From positions 125,580 through 189,579 of IMG/VR virus record IMGVR_UViG_3300013426_000013: a stretch of 64,000 nucleotides of DNA. The stretch is one strand, 5' to 3'. Shown in pieces: positions 19,435 to 28,147 of this stretch. Numbering within the stretch: the first letter of the stretch is position 1; each line of letters begins with the position of its first letter. The DNA is from a virus (taxonomy: Duplodnaviria > Heunggongvirae > Uroviricota > Caudoviricetes). The notes beneath the pieces are model-generated. The model had not been told where the DNA came from and did no database searches. It saw nothing but the letters and a program-made list of their open reading frames with translations. A program made the translations under genes and the position numbers.

Positions 19435-19574
19435 GTTACCACCTTTATAAAATTGCAACTGTTGAAAAATAACATAAAAGAAAAACATTGTCAATGTCTT
19501 ATTTGTTGCTTTTTAGATTAAGTGACTCGTACGAATCATGTTCTTAAAGTTAAAGGTAAATGAAGGAGTGCAAC

Positions 19575-19901
19575 ATGTCAATATATAAAGGCTCAACACC
19601 TATCTCAAAAAATGCTACGTCAAATTGGCAAGCCGCTTTTCCTGATTGGAAAAGACGTGAGATTAAAGCTTCAGGTGTAACTTACACTTCTTCAAAATAT
19701 GGATACATTTTGATCCGTAACACAGCATATACTGACAATTTCCGTGGCTTTATTAATGGTAATGAAGTTTTTCACCAATATGGACATTATAGTCTTTGGG
19801 AAGATTGGAATAGCATTATGTTGGCAATTGCTCCAGGAGATACTTACCAAATATCAGGTTCTGGTGGCGAGTTAATTTTTATTCCAGCTAAAGGCAATTA
19901 A
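19575..19901 (+). CDS. Small tail-associated protein
   Basis: AAGGAG SD; MSIYKG start like 2321-2965; GVTYT..KYGYI..GDTY module. Confidence 0.65.
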   Translation: MSIYKGSTPISKNATSNWQAAFPDWKRREIKASGVTYTSSKYGYILIRNTAYTDNFRGFINGNEVFHQYGHYSLWEDWNSIMLAIAPGDTYQISGSGGELIFIPAKGN

Positions 19902-19904
19902 AAT

Positions 19905-19924
19905 AACTTTCAATTTACCTAACT
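19905..19924 (+). repeat. Shufflon crossover site 1 (AACTTTCAATTTACCTAACT)
   Basis: One of six near-identical 20-bp sites. Confidence 0.9.
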
Positions 19925-20199
19925 GTACGGACTTTATTCCGTGGAAGAGTGCAACACTTCCTGTTGGAAGTTACGGTTTAGGGAATATTCCTAATATTAC
20001 TGGCGCTGCTGGACAAAACAATTATTATGGTGAAGTTTCCGGCGCTTTTTATACTTCCGGGTTAAAAAGCAGTAGTCCAAATAATGCAGGTTCAACTGCT
20101 CAGATATATTTTGATGCTTCTAAATGTTCAGCTGTTTATTCCAATGTAGATCGTGTTGTATGTGCATACGTTGTTTGTCAATATTGTATAAAATATTAA
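19906..20199 (+). other. Silent tail-fibre C-terminal cassette 1 (TFNLPNCTDF...YCIKY)
   Basis: Open frame without a start codon, beginning at site 1. Confidence 0.88.
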
Positions 20200-20519
20200 T
20201 ATTTAATGCAATACATTGCACTTAAAGAATCTGGTCTGACTTTTGCGTTGTCTTTATATACGTTTGATGAACGTGAAGCATCAATTCCAAAACCTTTAGA
20301 ATAAGCTCCTGATATTCCTGCTGCATCAGCGCATTTTGTTGTAGCATGAATGCCATATAAAGCACCACCATTATCGTTAAGCGCGGCATTCCAAGCGACA
20401 GAATAACCAAGACCTTGTTCTACTGTGCCTGTAATATTCGGCAAACTTTCATCGATATACGTTCCTGAAGAATTTGATCCCATTAAATATCTGTTTATAA
20501 AATTAGGTAAATTGAAAGT
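20196..20519 (-). other. Silent cassette 2 (TFNLPNFINRY...YCIKY)
   Basis: Begins at site 2; stop overlaps cassette 1 at TTAA. Confidence 0.88.
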
Positions 20520-20520
20520 T
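20501..20520 (-). repeat. Shufflon crossover site 2
   Basis: AATTAGGTAAATTGAAAGTT on + strand. Confidence 0.9.
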
Positions 20521-20615
20521 GAACTAACTGTCAAATCAACGATAAACCTTTGTGACATTCAAGAAGTTAAAATTTCTGTTCTTTAGAAAAGGTTAATCTT
20601 GTGGGACTTTTTAAA

Positions 20616-22379
20616 ATGGCTAGCGCAGATATTGAAACAAAAACTCTTGTCATTAATCAATTAGACACAGCAAAGTTAAAAGAATTAAAAACTGCTGGAG
20701 AAATTAAGAATGATGAAGTTTATGTTACAACTGATCCGGTGTATCATGATTTAAGCAATATCACACCAATGACGACAGATAAAGTTGTAATTACTGATGC
20801 TGATGGAAAATTTGCGCAATCAGAAACAACATCTGCCGAATTAGCTTTTGTCCACGGTGTTACTAGCAATATCCAGGAACAAATTAATACAAAAGCAAAT
20901 CAATCAGAAGTCAATGACAATCTTGCACTTAAAGCTAATTTAGCATCGCCAGAATTAACAGGAAAACCTTTAGCACCTACAGCTGATACAGGATCAAATG
21001 ACAAACAGGTTGCGACAACTGAATTTGTTACTACGGCTATTAGTAATGCTACACCTGGTGTTGATAATATTACGATTGAATCTTTTGACAATTCAAGTTC
21101 AACTGGTGGCTCGACACATGATATTCGTGTTAAAGATGGTGGTTTGACTATAGAGAAAGTAGCAGCTGATGATATCATTTTGAAAATTGATGAAAAACAA
21201 TCAGATGCAACTCTAGTTTCTTTCGCTAAAGTGAAAGAAATGGTCGACAATGCAACACCTGTTGTTGACACTAAAACAATTTCATACAATGAAAATACAC
21301 AATTACAAAGCATTGGTGTCATTAACAAAAACACAAATGACTCAATGTATCATTGGGTTGGTACTTTAAAAGAATACAATGCAGCCGTTGAAGCTGGAAC
21401 AATTAAAGAGAATTGGGTTTGTTGTATTACAGATGATTTCGTTGAAGGCAAATCATATGCTGGTGAAATAATTCAAGTGACAAAAAAGTTCACAGAAGAG
21501 AATAATCATATTGAATTCACAGAAAAATGTTTAACGAAAAGCTATATTTCAGTTTTTCAAGATCGTGTGTTTATTTATCCTGACGAATACACATTAGATG
21601 ATGACTTTTTAGGCATTACGTTCACGAAGAATATGGCTGTAGGCAGTATTGTAACAGTCAATTATTTTAAAGGCGTTCCTTCAAAAAAGATTGATGAAGT
21701 AATTGCTATAGGTGAAAAGATTCCTACACCTACAGAAAATAATACATCATTAAGTTATGTTGATGATCAAGTTTTATGGCAAGCTTCACCATATTCTAAA
21801 ACAGAAGTTGATACAAAAGTAACTGCTGTTGATGATAAAGTAACTGCGCTAAATACGTCTGTTACACAACTTGATACAAAAGTAACTGACCTTGGCAACA
21901 CAGTCACATCATCAGACGCGCCTGGTTTCATTAAGATTTGGGCTGGTTCTTCCGCACCTGCTGGTTATTTGTTATGTGATGGTTCTGCAGTTAGCAGAAC
22001 TACGTATGCTGCACTGTTTTCAGCCATTGGCACACTTTATGGTGTTGGAGACGGTAGTTCAACTTTCAATTTGCCTAATTTTATAGGTAGGTATCCAAAA
22101 GGCGGGACTGCGGGGGTGTATGGTAGTGCCGCCGTACCTAATATTACCGCAACATGGAATTGTCGTGGTGTTCGTTCTGAGGTTGGTTTATATGACGGAA
22201 CGGGGGCTATAGTTACCAATACAAGTGTTCTTGCAGGTGGCTCTTCAGCAAGCGCAAGTTCTGGTTTTACAGGCCATTGGATACAGTCGTTTGACGCATC
22301 AAGAGTAAGCAGTGTTTATCAAAACACTACAACGGTTGACGCTAACAACACACAGATTTTATTTTGTATCAGATATTAA
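20616..22379 (+). CDS. Tail fibre with tail-collar domain; currently expressed with cassette 3
   Basis: GFIKIWAGSSAPAGYLLCDGSAVSRTTYAALFSAIGTLYGVGDGSSTFNLPN collar motif; ends FCIRY. Confidence 0.9.
   Translation: MASADIETKTLVINQLDTAKLKELKTAGEIKNDEVYVTTDPVYHDLSNITPMTTDKVVITDADGKFAQSETTSAELAFVHGVTSNIQEQINTKANQSEVNDNLALKANLASPELTGKPLAPTADTGSNDKQVATTEFVTTAISNATPGVDNITIESFDNSSSTGGSTHDIRVKDGGLTIEKVAADDIILKIDEKQSDATLVSFAKVKEMVDNATPVVDTKTISYNENTQLQSIGVINKNTNDSMYHWVGTLKEYNAAVEAGTIKENWVCCITDDFVEGKSYAGEIIQVTKKFTEENNHIEFTEKCLTKSYISVFQDRVFIYPDEYTLDDDFLGITFTKNMAVGSIVTVNYFKGVPSKKIDEVIAIGEKIPTPTENNTSLSYVDDQVLWQASPYSKTEVDTKVTAVDDKVTALNTSVTQLDTKVTDLGNTVTSSDAPGFIKIWAGSSAPAGYLLCDGSAVSRTTYAALFSAIGTLYGVGDGSSTFNLPNFIGRYPKGGTAGVYGSAAVPNITATWNCRGVRSEVGLYDGTGAIVTNTSVLAGGSSASASSGFTGHWIQSFDASRVSSVYQNTTTVDANNTQILFCIRY
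22061..22080 (+). repeat. Shufflon crossover site 3 (within the expressed gene)
   Basis: AACTTTCAATTTGCCTAATT. Confidence 0.9.
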
Positions 22380-22678
22380 TATCGTATACAAAAATTAACA
22401 ACGGTAGAAAATGGTTGAACCCTATTGGTTGCTCCATAAATGTTAGAACTGCGTGAAGCGTCAAAAACGATATTGTATGAAGCTGTTGCAGTACCCCCGG
22501 TTCCTCGACCGCCAGTTCCGGCTTCAAGGTAAAAAGAACCTTCCGCTGCTTCTACCTGACGAGTGTTTATTATTTTTCCTGTTATATTTGGCAACCCTTG
22601 CGATAACATAGTACCAACAACACCCAAAGAACCAAAACCGACTGGATACCTATCACCAAAATTAGGCAAATTGAAAGT
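22376..22678 (-). other. Silent cassette 4 (TFNLPNFGDRY...FCIRY)
   Basis: Begins at site 4; stop overlaps cassette 3. Confidence 0.88.
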
Positions 22679-22679
22679 T
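22660..22679 (-). repeat. Shufflon crossover site 4
   Basis: AATTAGGCAAATTGAAAGTT on + strand. Confidence 0.9.
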
Positions 22680-22751
22680 AATTTTTGTGATTTACATTTT
22701 AAAGATTGTATAAATGTTCTTAAATATAACTTGCGATCAGGAGCTTGTAAA

Positions 22752-23597
22752 ATGACACATGGTTTAATTACTTTAAGAGCAGATACTTTATTAACTGTTG
22801 ACACAGATCAACAAATTAGTGGTAATAAAGAATTTACTGGAAGTTTGCAAGCTGTTACAAAAGATGCTTCTGATAGTTCAAAAAATGTTGCTACAACTGA
22901 ATATGTTACTACTGCAATTTCAAATATTGACGCTTTACCTGATCAAACGAATAAATCTGGTAATGTTTTGACAACAAACGGTACAGTTGCATCATGGGTT
23001 GATTTAAATCTTGATTCAAAACAAAATGCGTTAACAGAAACGCAAGTTGCCGCTGTTGATTCTGGTATTACAACAGATAGAGTATCAAAGTATGATAATT
23101 ACGAATCAGAAAAAGCGAATAAAGCAGATACTTTAGCAGGTTATGGGATTACTGATGCATTTACAAAAGACGAAATAGCAAGTAAAATTTCATCAGTATA
23201 TAAATACAAAGGGTCAGTTGAAACAGTCGACGATTTGCCAACAGAAAACTTAACAGAAGGTGATGTTTACAATGTTAAGTCAACTGGTGATAATTATGCA
23301 TGGGTTGCACCTGTTGGCGATGTTGCAGGTTTTTGGGATAAACTTGCTGGTGATATCGATTTATCAGCATATGCAACATTGAAAGACCCAGAATTCACTG
23401 GAACACCTAAAGCTACAACAGCTGATGTTGGTGATAATACAACAAGAATTGCAACCACAGCATTTGTTAAAACAGCTATTGATAATGTCGATGCTATTCC
23501 TGACCAAACTGGAAATAACGGGAAGTTATTAACGACAGATGGGACAACAGCCACATGGACTGATGCTGTTAAAATTACACTAAGAAATTGGGAATAG
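22752..23597 (+). CDS. Tail-fibre-associated protein inside the shufflon
   Basis: CAGGAG SD; duplicated ATTxxVxTAIxNxDAxPDQT..G..LTT.GT.A.W module; VYKYKGSVETVDDLP. Confidence 0.75.
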   Translation: MTHGLITLRADTLLTVDTDQQISGNKEFTGSLQAVTKDASDSSKNVATTEYVTTAISNIDALPDQTNKSGNVLTTNGTVASWVDLNLDSKQNALTETQVAAVDSGITTDRVSKYDNYESEKANKADTLAGYGITDAFTKDEIASKISSVYKYKGSVETVDDLPTENLTEGDVYNVKSTGDNYAWVAPVGDVAGFWDKLAGDIDLSAYATLKDPEFTGTPKATTADVGDNTTRIATTAFVKTAIDNVDAIPDQTGNNGKLLTTDGTTATWTDAVKITLRNWE

Positions 23598-23601
23598 AAC
23601 G

Positions 23602-23973
23602 ATGTCTTTAGAAATTAAACAAATCGAACATTACTTAAGATCCTTTATGGAAGAAATTGAAAAAGATGAAGGAATTGATACTGTTGTACTCCCAACAGAT
23701 AACGAAGACCATGGATTTTATGGTGAACTAAAAGCTAAAGGTATTGATGAAGATTTGTTATCAACATATTGGAACATTGCTTCAGAACATTTACAAAACA
23801 ACTGTGATATGTCCGCTGAACTGACTCGTGACTTTTTAGATAGCAAAGCAGGTCGTTATCTAGTTGATGATTTAGATAATAATGGCTTACTTGACAATAA
23901 TTTTGAACGTGCAATTAAACAGTTTTTAACAAAACCAGAGGTTCAAAAGCGTCTAAACGTTGTCAACAATTGA
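23602..23973 (+). CDS. Hypothetical acidic protein
   Basis: 123-aa ORF. Confidence 0.7.
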   Translation: MSLEIKQIEHYLRSFMEEIEKDEGIDTVVLPTDNEDHGFYGELKAKGIDEDLLSTYWNIASEHLQNNCDMSAELTRDFLDSKAGRYLVDDLDNNGLLDNNFERAIKQFLTKPEVQKRLNVVNN

Positions 23974-24741
23974 TTTAGCAAATTTATCAAAAATTTTATA
24001 ATTAGTTTTAAATTTAACAAACTTTAGGTAATCGTCTAAATTATTTGCTTTAACCCAATTTTGAATCGTTTTATATGAGATTCTAAATCGTTTTGCGATT
24101 TTGATTTTTGACAAACCTTTTAATCTTAATTTTAAGTATTTGTACTTTTTGCCATCAGTAACATGATGTTTGCAGACATATCCTTTAGGCCTACCTAATA
24201 TTTTACCTTTAGCTTTTGCATTAGCTAACCCTTCTTTTGTACGTGCACTAATCATTCTTCGTTCAATGTCAGCACATAAAGAAAATGCAAATGCAATAAC
24301 TTGAGATGTTAAGTCGTCACCTAAAGTGTAATTTTCTTTTACTGAATAAACTTTAGCGCCTGTTTTCAAAATACTATTTAATAAACATAATAATTCAGTC
24401 ATTGTTCTAGACAATCTTGACAACTCTGAACAAATAACAATGTCACCATCTTTTAATTTTTTCAACAGTTTACCTAAATTTCTGTTTTCGGCTTTAACGG
24501 TTCCTGAAATACCTTCATCAATTATATATTCATCAATGGTTAAAGATTTTTGTTTAGCAAAAGATTCTACCCCAATCTTTTGAGACTCAACTGTTTGCAT
24601 GCCAGTAGAAACACGTAAATAACTATATACTTTTAAAGAATGTTCTTTTACAGGTAATTGCGCGGTCAATCTTCTCTTTTCAGCATTGCGTTTATATTTA
24701 CGGTTTATAGCAGCTGATGGGTACACATGACGTTTAGACAT
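23953..24741 (-). CDS. Serine recombinase (resolvase/invertase family) with C-terminal HTH
   Basis: YSYLRVST catalytic Ser motif, DEGISG, SELSRLSR, ERRMISARTKEGLANAKAKGKILGRP. Confidence 0.93.
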   Translation of the reverse strand: MSKRHVYPSAAINRKYKRNAEKRRLTAQLPVKEHSLKVYSYLRVSTGMQTVESQKIGVESFAKQKSLTIDEYIIDEGISGTVKAENRNLGKLLKKLKDGDIVICSELSRLSRTMTELLCLLNSILKTGAKVYSVKENYTLGDDLTSQVIAFAFSLCADIERRMISARTKEGLANAKAKGKILGRPKGYVCKHHVTDGKKYKYLKLRLKGLSKIKIAKRFRISYKTIQNWVKANNLDDYLKFVKFKTNYKIFDKFAKSIVDNV

Positions 24742-24848
24742 TTCTTTTCCTTTTACTTGTTAAAATGTTGAACAACATTATCAACAAAATAATTTACTTT
24801 TCAAGATTATAAAAATTTTTATTTTGCGTTATTCTGAAAAATTTGACT

Positions 24849-24868
24849 AACTTTCAATTTACCTAATT
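24849..24868 (+). repeat. Shufflon crossover site 5
   Basis: AACTTTCAATTTACCTAATT. Confidence 0.9.
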
Positions 24869-25245
24869 TATCAAAACAAAGAGAGGTTGTTGAAACATAT
24901 CGTAATGGAACTGAATGGTATTGCGTTTATTCAGACGGATGGGTTGAACAAGGTGGTATTTTTCAAGGAGATTCAACTTATAAATTAACTGCTTATAATT
25001 TTCATAAACCGTTTAAAGATACAAATTACTTTTTTATTGCGACAATAAACAATTTAGGTCACTCGTGGTTTACCGGCACAAGCGGGGCAGATATGCGTTC
25101 TGTAACCGATATAGCCAGTTCATATGGTGCTGGTTTAAAAACATCTACATCAATATCAATTCAAGGGTTTTCAAAACATGCGTGGTATGCATGTGGTCAA
25201 GGTTTGCAACAGCAATCAGCAAAGATATATTGTATAAAATATTAA
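24850..25245 (+). other. Silent cassette 5 (TFNLPNLSKQ...WYCVYSDGWVEQGG...YCIKY); not in the ORF track
   Basis: Translated by hand: 131 codons open from site 5 to TAA. Confidence 0.88.
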
Positions 25246-25574
25246 TATTTTATACAATATAAAATAATTATTGCATTTTGTTGTACTTTTGCATTGTCTT
25301 GATAAGTTGAAGAAGAACGAGTAGCGTTTAGAATAAGCGTAGATGAACGTCCTCCTGTAGCTGTATCTAAATTAGCTGTATATCTTTCACTAGCAACAGT
25401 TGTAATACCACCATTGTAAAACACACCAGAACTACCACCCCAATCCCAGGGTGTTCTATTTCCGATCGCCTTGCCTGTAATATTTGGCAAACTTTCGTTA
25501 ACATAAGAGCCAACACCGCCACGATCACCAAAACCTTGCGCAATACGATCTGTAAAATTAGGTAAATTGAAAGT
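25242..25574 (-). other. Silent cassette 6 (TFNLPNFTDRI...YCIKY)
   Basis: Begins at site 6; stop overlaps cassette 5. Confidence 0.88.
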
Positions 25575-25575
25575 T
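25556..25575 (-). repeat. Shufflon crossover site 6
   Basis: AATTAGGTAAATTGAAAGTT on + strand. Confidence 0.9.
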
Positions 25576-25652
25576 CAATAAAACAACTTGACAAACAAAG
25601 TTAAAATAATTATATTGACTCTTATCAAACAGTCTAACTGAAAGGTTTCTCA

Positions 25653-26237
25653 ATGAACAAACAAAAGCCAAAAGGGTTCATAAAAAACTTTATTCAAGAA
25701 TATGTTCCAGGCACAGATAAAATTAATTATGGAAATGTTCTAATTTTCCATAAATGCAAAGTAAAGATTTTAAACACATGGTTTTATAATGTTGATTTAT
25801 GTTTATCTTCAAACGAACTTGTTGAGTATGTCATTGTCAACTACAAAGATGAAATAAACAAAAAAGAAATCAACATTGAAATTAAATGCATTAATGGCAC
25901 ATACACAAAAACAACAGAAATGAGAGAATCAATTCCTTCTGGAAATATTCATCATGTTTTTATTGACACAACGAAAGATTTATCTGCAGTTGCCAATGAA
26001 ACTGTTAAACTTTTAAAAGACTATAAATGTGACCATAACGATCCAACGTTTGGCAAACCATATCACTTAATTGGAGACACGAGTCTCAATAAACTTTCTG
26101 GCAAATTCTTAATCATGAAACGAAACGGTCATGCACCTAAAGTATACCATGATACACGTGAATCAGCATTTGCTGAATACAGACGTTTGAAGGAAAAGTA
26201 TCCAAAAGATACTTTTATAATTTCACAAATCATCTAA
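25653..26237 (+). CDS. Hypothetical protein
   Basis: 194 aa; promoter TTGACA-17-TATATT at 25588-25616. Confidence 0.75.
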   Translation: MNKQKPKGFIKNFIQEYVPGTDKINYGNVLIFHKCKVKILNTWFYNVDLCLSSNELVEYVIVNYKDEINKKEINIEIKCINGTYTKTTEMRESIPSGNIHHVFIDTTKDLSAVANETVKLLKDYKCDHNDPTFGKPYHLIGDTSLNKLSGKFLIMKRNGHAPKVYHDTRESAFAEYRRLKEKYPKDTFIISQII

Positions 26238-26243
26238 AGTTAC

Positions 26244-26278
26244 AACAAGCCACTTAAAATTTGAGTGGCTTGTTTTTT
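26244..26278 (+). terminator. Intrinsic terminator
   Basis: AACAAGCCACT / AGTGGCTTGTT stem followed by T-tract. Confidence 0.85.
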
Positions 26279-26344
26279 GCCTATTGACAAACTTTTTAAT
26301 TAATGCTATTGTTTTCACATCTTGATTAATTTAGGAGAAAGAAG

Positions 26345-27127
26345 ATGTATGATTCTCAACTTTTCAGATTGAACATTAAGGGCATTCGAACAGTTTTTGA
26401 TGAAGTTACAAAACATTTGACATTGACTATTGTACCTTTTGTTGATTATAAATCTGAAAAGAAACTTCCATATGAAATTAGCAAGCTTGTAGAAAAACAA
26501 GCTGAAACTACAATTACGTTAGATTTTTCTAAAACTTTTGATTCAGATTCACATAAAAACGTTTACAGTTTGTTACACGATCTATCACGTATTCAATGGT
26601 TCAAAACAAAAAACGTTATCATTGAACACTCATGGGATGATGATGTGGGTTATGAAACTATTGCCATTCTTTCCAATTCTGAAGATTCGATTGAATTGCA
26701 AGATAAACTGGTTTGTGGTTACGATACCAATAAAGGCATTGCATCATATTTTTGTACAGTTGATACAAACTACTTTTTAGATGTTCAAGATTGCCCATAT
26801 GTCAGAAATACTTTTGTTAATCTGAATGAAAAGAATGTTAAAACAATTCGTAATGAAAGTGAAAATGTTAAACCATCTGAAGATACGGTTGACACAATCA
26901 TTGACGAAGCAACGGATCTGATTGACGAAGTAATTGAAGAAGTTCCTGTTGTAACAAAAGAATTACCGTTCAAATACTATACATCAAAACGAGAAGCTCT
27001 AAAAGAAATTCCTTTAGAATCACGTAAAGTTGGAATGGTTATTTGGGTAAAGTTATCTAAAAGTAAGCCGAAAGCTTACTCTTGGGTTGGCGGCACTTCT
27101 GATAAAGAATTGTTGCCAGTTGTTTAA
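26345..27127 (+). CDS. Hypothetical protein
   Basis: GGAG SD; promoter TTGACA-17-TATTGT at 26284-26312. Confidence 0.75.
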   Translation: MYDSQLFRLNIKGIRTVFDEVTKHLTLTIVPFVDYKSEKKLPYEISKLVEKQAETTITLDFSKTFDSDSHKNVYSLLHDLSRIQWFKTKNVIIEHSWDDDVGYETIAILSNSEDSIELQDKLVCGYDTNKGIASYFCTVDTNYFLDVQDCPYVRNTFVNLNEKNVKTIRNESENVKPSEDTVDTIIDEATDLIDEVIEEVPVVTKELPFKYYTSKREALKEIPLESRKVGMVIWVKLSKSKPKAYSWVGGTSDKELLPVV

Positions 27128-27148
27128 ACTAATTGAAAGGTCATTTAA

Positions 27149-27406
27149 ATGTCTGAAGAAGAAACAAAAAGCGTAAATGGTGTTGATGGTGCTCGTCTGT
27201 TGAGCTACATTGAACGTTATGAATCGATTGAAGAAGAACGTAAAGGTCTAGGTCAGGATCTTAAGGAACTTCTAGAAGAAGCTGATAGTAATGGCTTTGA
27301 CAAGAAAGCGATTAAAGAAATTGTCAAACGCCGCAAGAAAGATAAAAATACACAGCAGGAAGAAGACTTTATCCTCGATACATATTTGAACGCATTGAAT
27401 ATGTAA
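27149..27406 (+). CDS. gapR: GapR/DUF2312-family nucleoid-associated protein
   Basis: LLSYIERYESIEEERKGLGQDLKELLEEADSNGFDKKAIKEIVKRRKKD...LDTYLNALNM. Confidence 0.88.
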   Translation: MSEEETKSVNGVDGARLLSYIERYESIEEERKGLGQDLKELLEEADSNGFDKKAIKEIVKRRKKDKNTQQEEDFILDTYLNALNM

Positions 27407-27415
27407 AAATAATCG

Positions 27416-27453
27416 AAAAAGGGGATTCTTAACGAACCCCCTTTTCTTTTTTT
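27416..27453 (+). terminator. Intrinsic terminator
   Basis: AAAAGGGG / CCCCTTTT stem followed by T-tract. Confidence 0.8.
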
Positions 27454-27514
27454 ATATTTAACTGTTGACAACTATCGTATTTTTATGTAATATATAAATA
27501 TAAGAAATGAAAGG

Positions 27515-28147
27515 TTGATGACAATGTTTATTCATAATGAACAAGATTTTGAAACTTTGAAAGCAAACATTAAAGACGGTTTGTATGATGGAAGCTTGTT
27601 TATTTGTACTGAATTGGTTGTCGATATTTCTAATATACATGTAAGACACAATGTTGTTATTGAATGTCCTATAAAAAACGTTAACTTTATTCCAATCAGG
27701 GTTGATGGTAAATTAGAAATTAAAAAAGAAATTTCTTTTGCCGAATTAAAACATATAATTTATTGTGGCGGTATTGAAGTTAATTCGTTGCTGACTACTA
27801 AAGGATTAAGTTGTATTCATTTGACAAACGAAATCAGTGATGATGAAGGTCCGTTCATTGTTCGTTTTAAATTAAGTGACAAATATAATGATGATACACT
27901 TGAATATTTACCTATGTCTGTAATCAATGCTGAACGAGTTTATGATAAAATCTTTTATGGAACTACTAAATCTTTTGAACGTATGAAACAATTTCTTCCT
28001 AAAGATCTTTTAGATGAAGCGTTCGAAATTTGCAGAAATCAATCTACAATTCTTTATTTAAACGATATGAATAACGGGTTTTGTGAAAACTACGCATATA
28101 TCAACTCGGCAAGTGACCCCGTTGAAACTTTCATGGAAACGCTCTAA
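27515..28147 (+). CDS. Hypothetical protein
   Basis: 210 aa; promoter at 27465-27493. Confidence 0.75.
   Translation: MMTMFIHNEQDFETLKANIKDGLYDGSLFICTELVVDISNIHVRHNVVIECPIKNVNFIPIRVDGKLEIKKEISFAELKHIIYCGGIEVNSLLTTKGLSCIHLTNEISDDEGPFIVRFKLSDKYNDDTLEYLPMSVINAERVYDKIFYGTTKSFERMKQFLPKDLLDEAFEICRNQSTILYLNDMNNGFCENYAYINSASDPVETFMETL

Noticed and set aside
20196-22804. Stand-alone genes 20196-20558, 22376-22804 and 25242-25490 as given in the ORF track
   Set aside because: Their N-termini upstream of TFNLP (or internal TTG start) look fortuitous and lack an SD; they are better explained as silent cassettes.
23953-24741. IS607-type transposon
   Set aside because: No TnpB partner and no N-terminal MerR-like HTH; the HTH is C-terminal as in resolvases/invertases.
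19905-25575. Diversity-generating retroelement (TR/VR)
   Set aside because: No reverse transcriptase in the window. Cassettes differ throughout and in length rather than only at adenines, and they share inverted sites with a recombinase.
19905-25575. CRISPR array formed by the 20-bp repeats
   Set aside because: Repeats alternate in orientation, are 300-2200 bp apart, and lie in coding frames.
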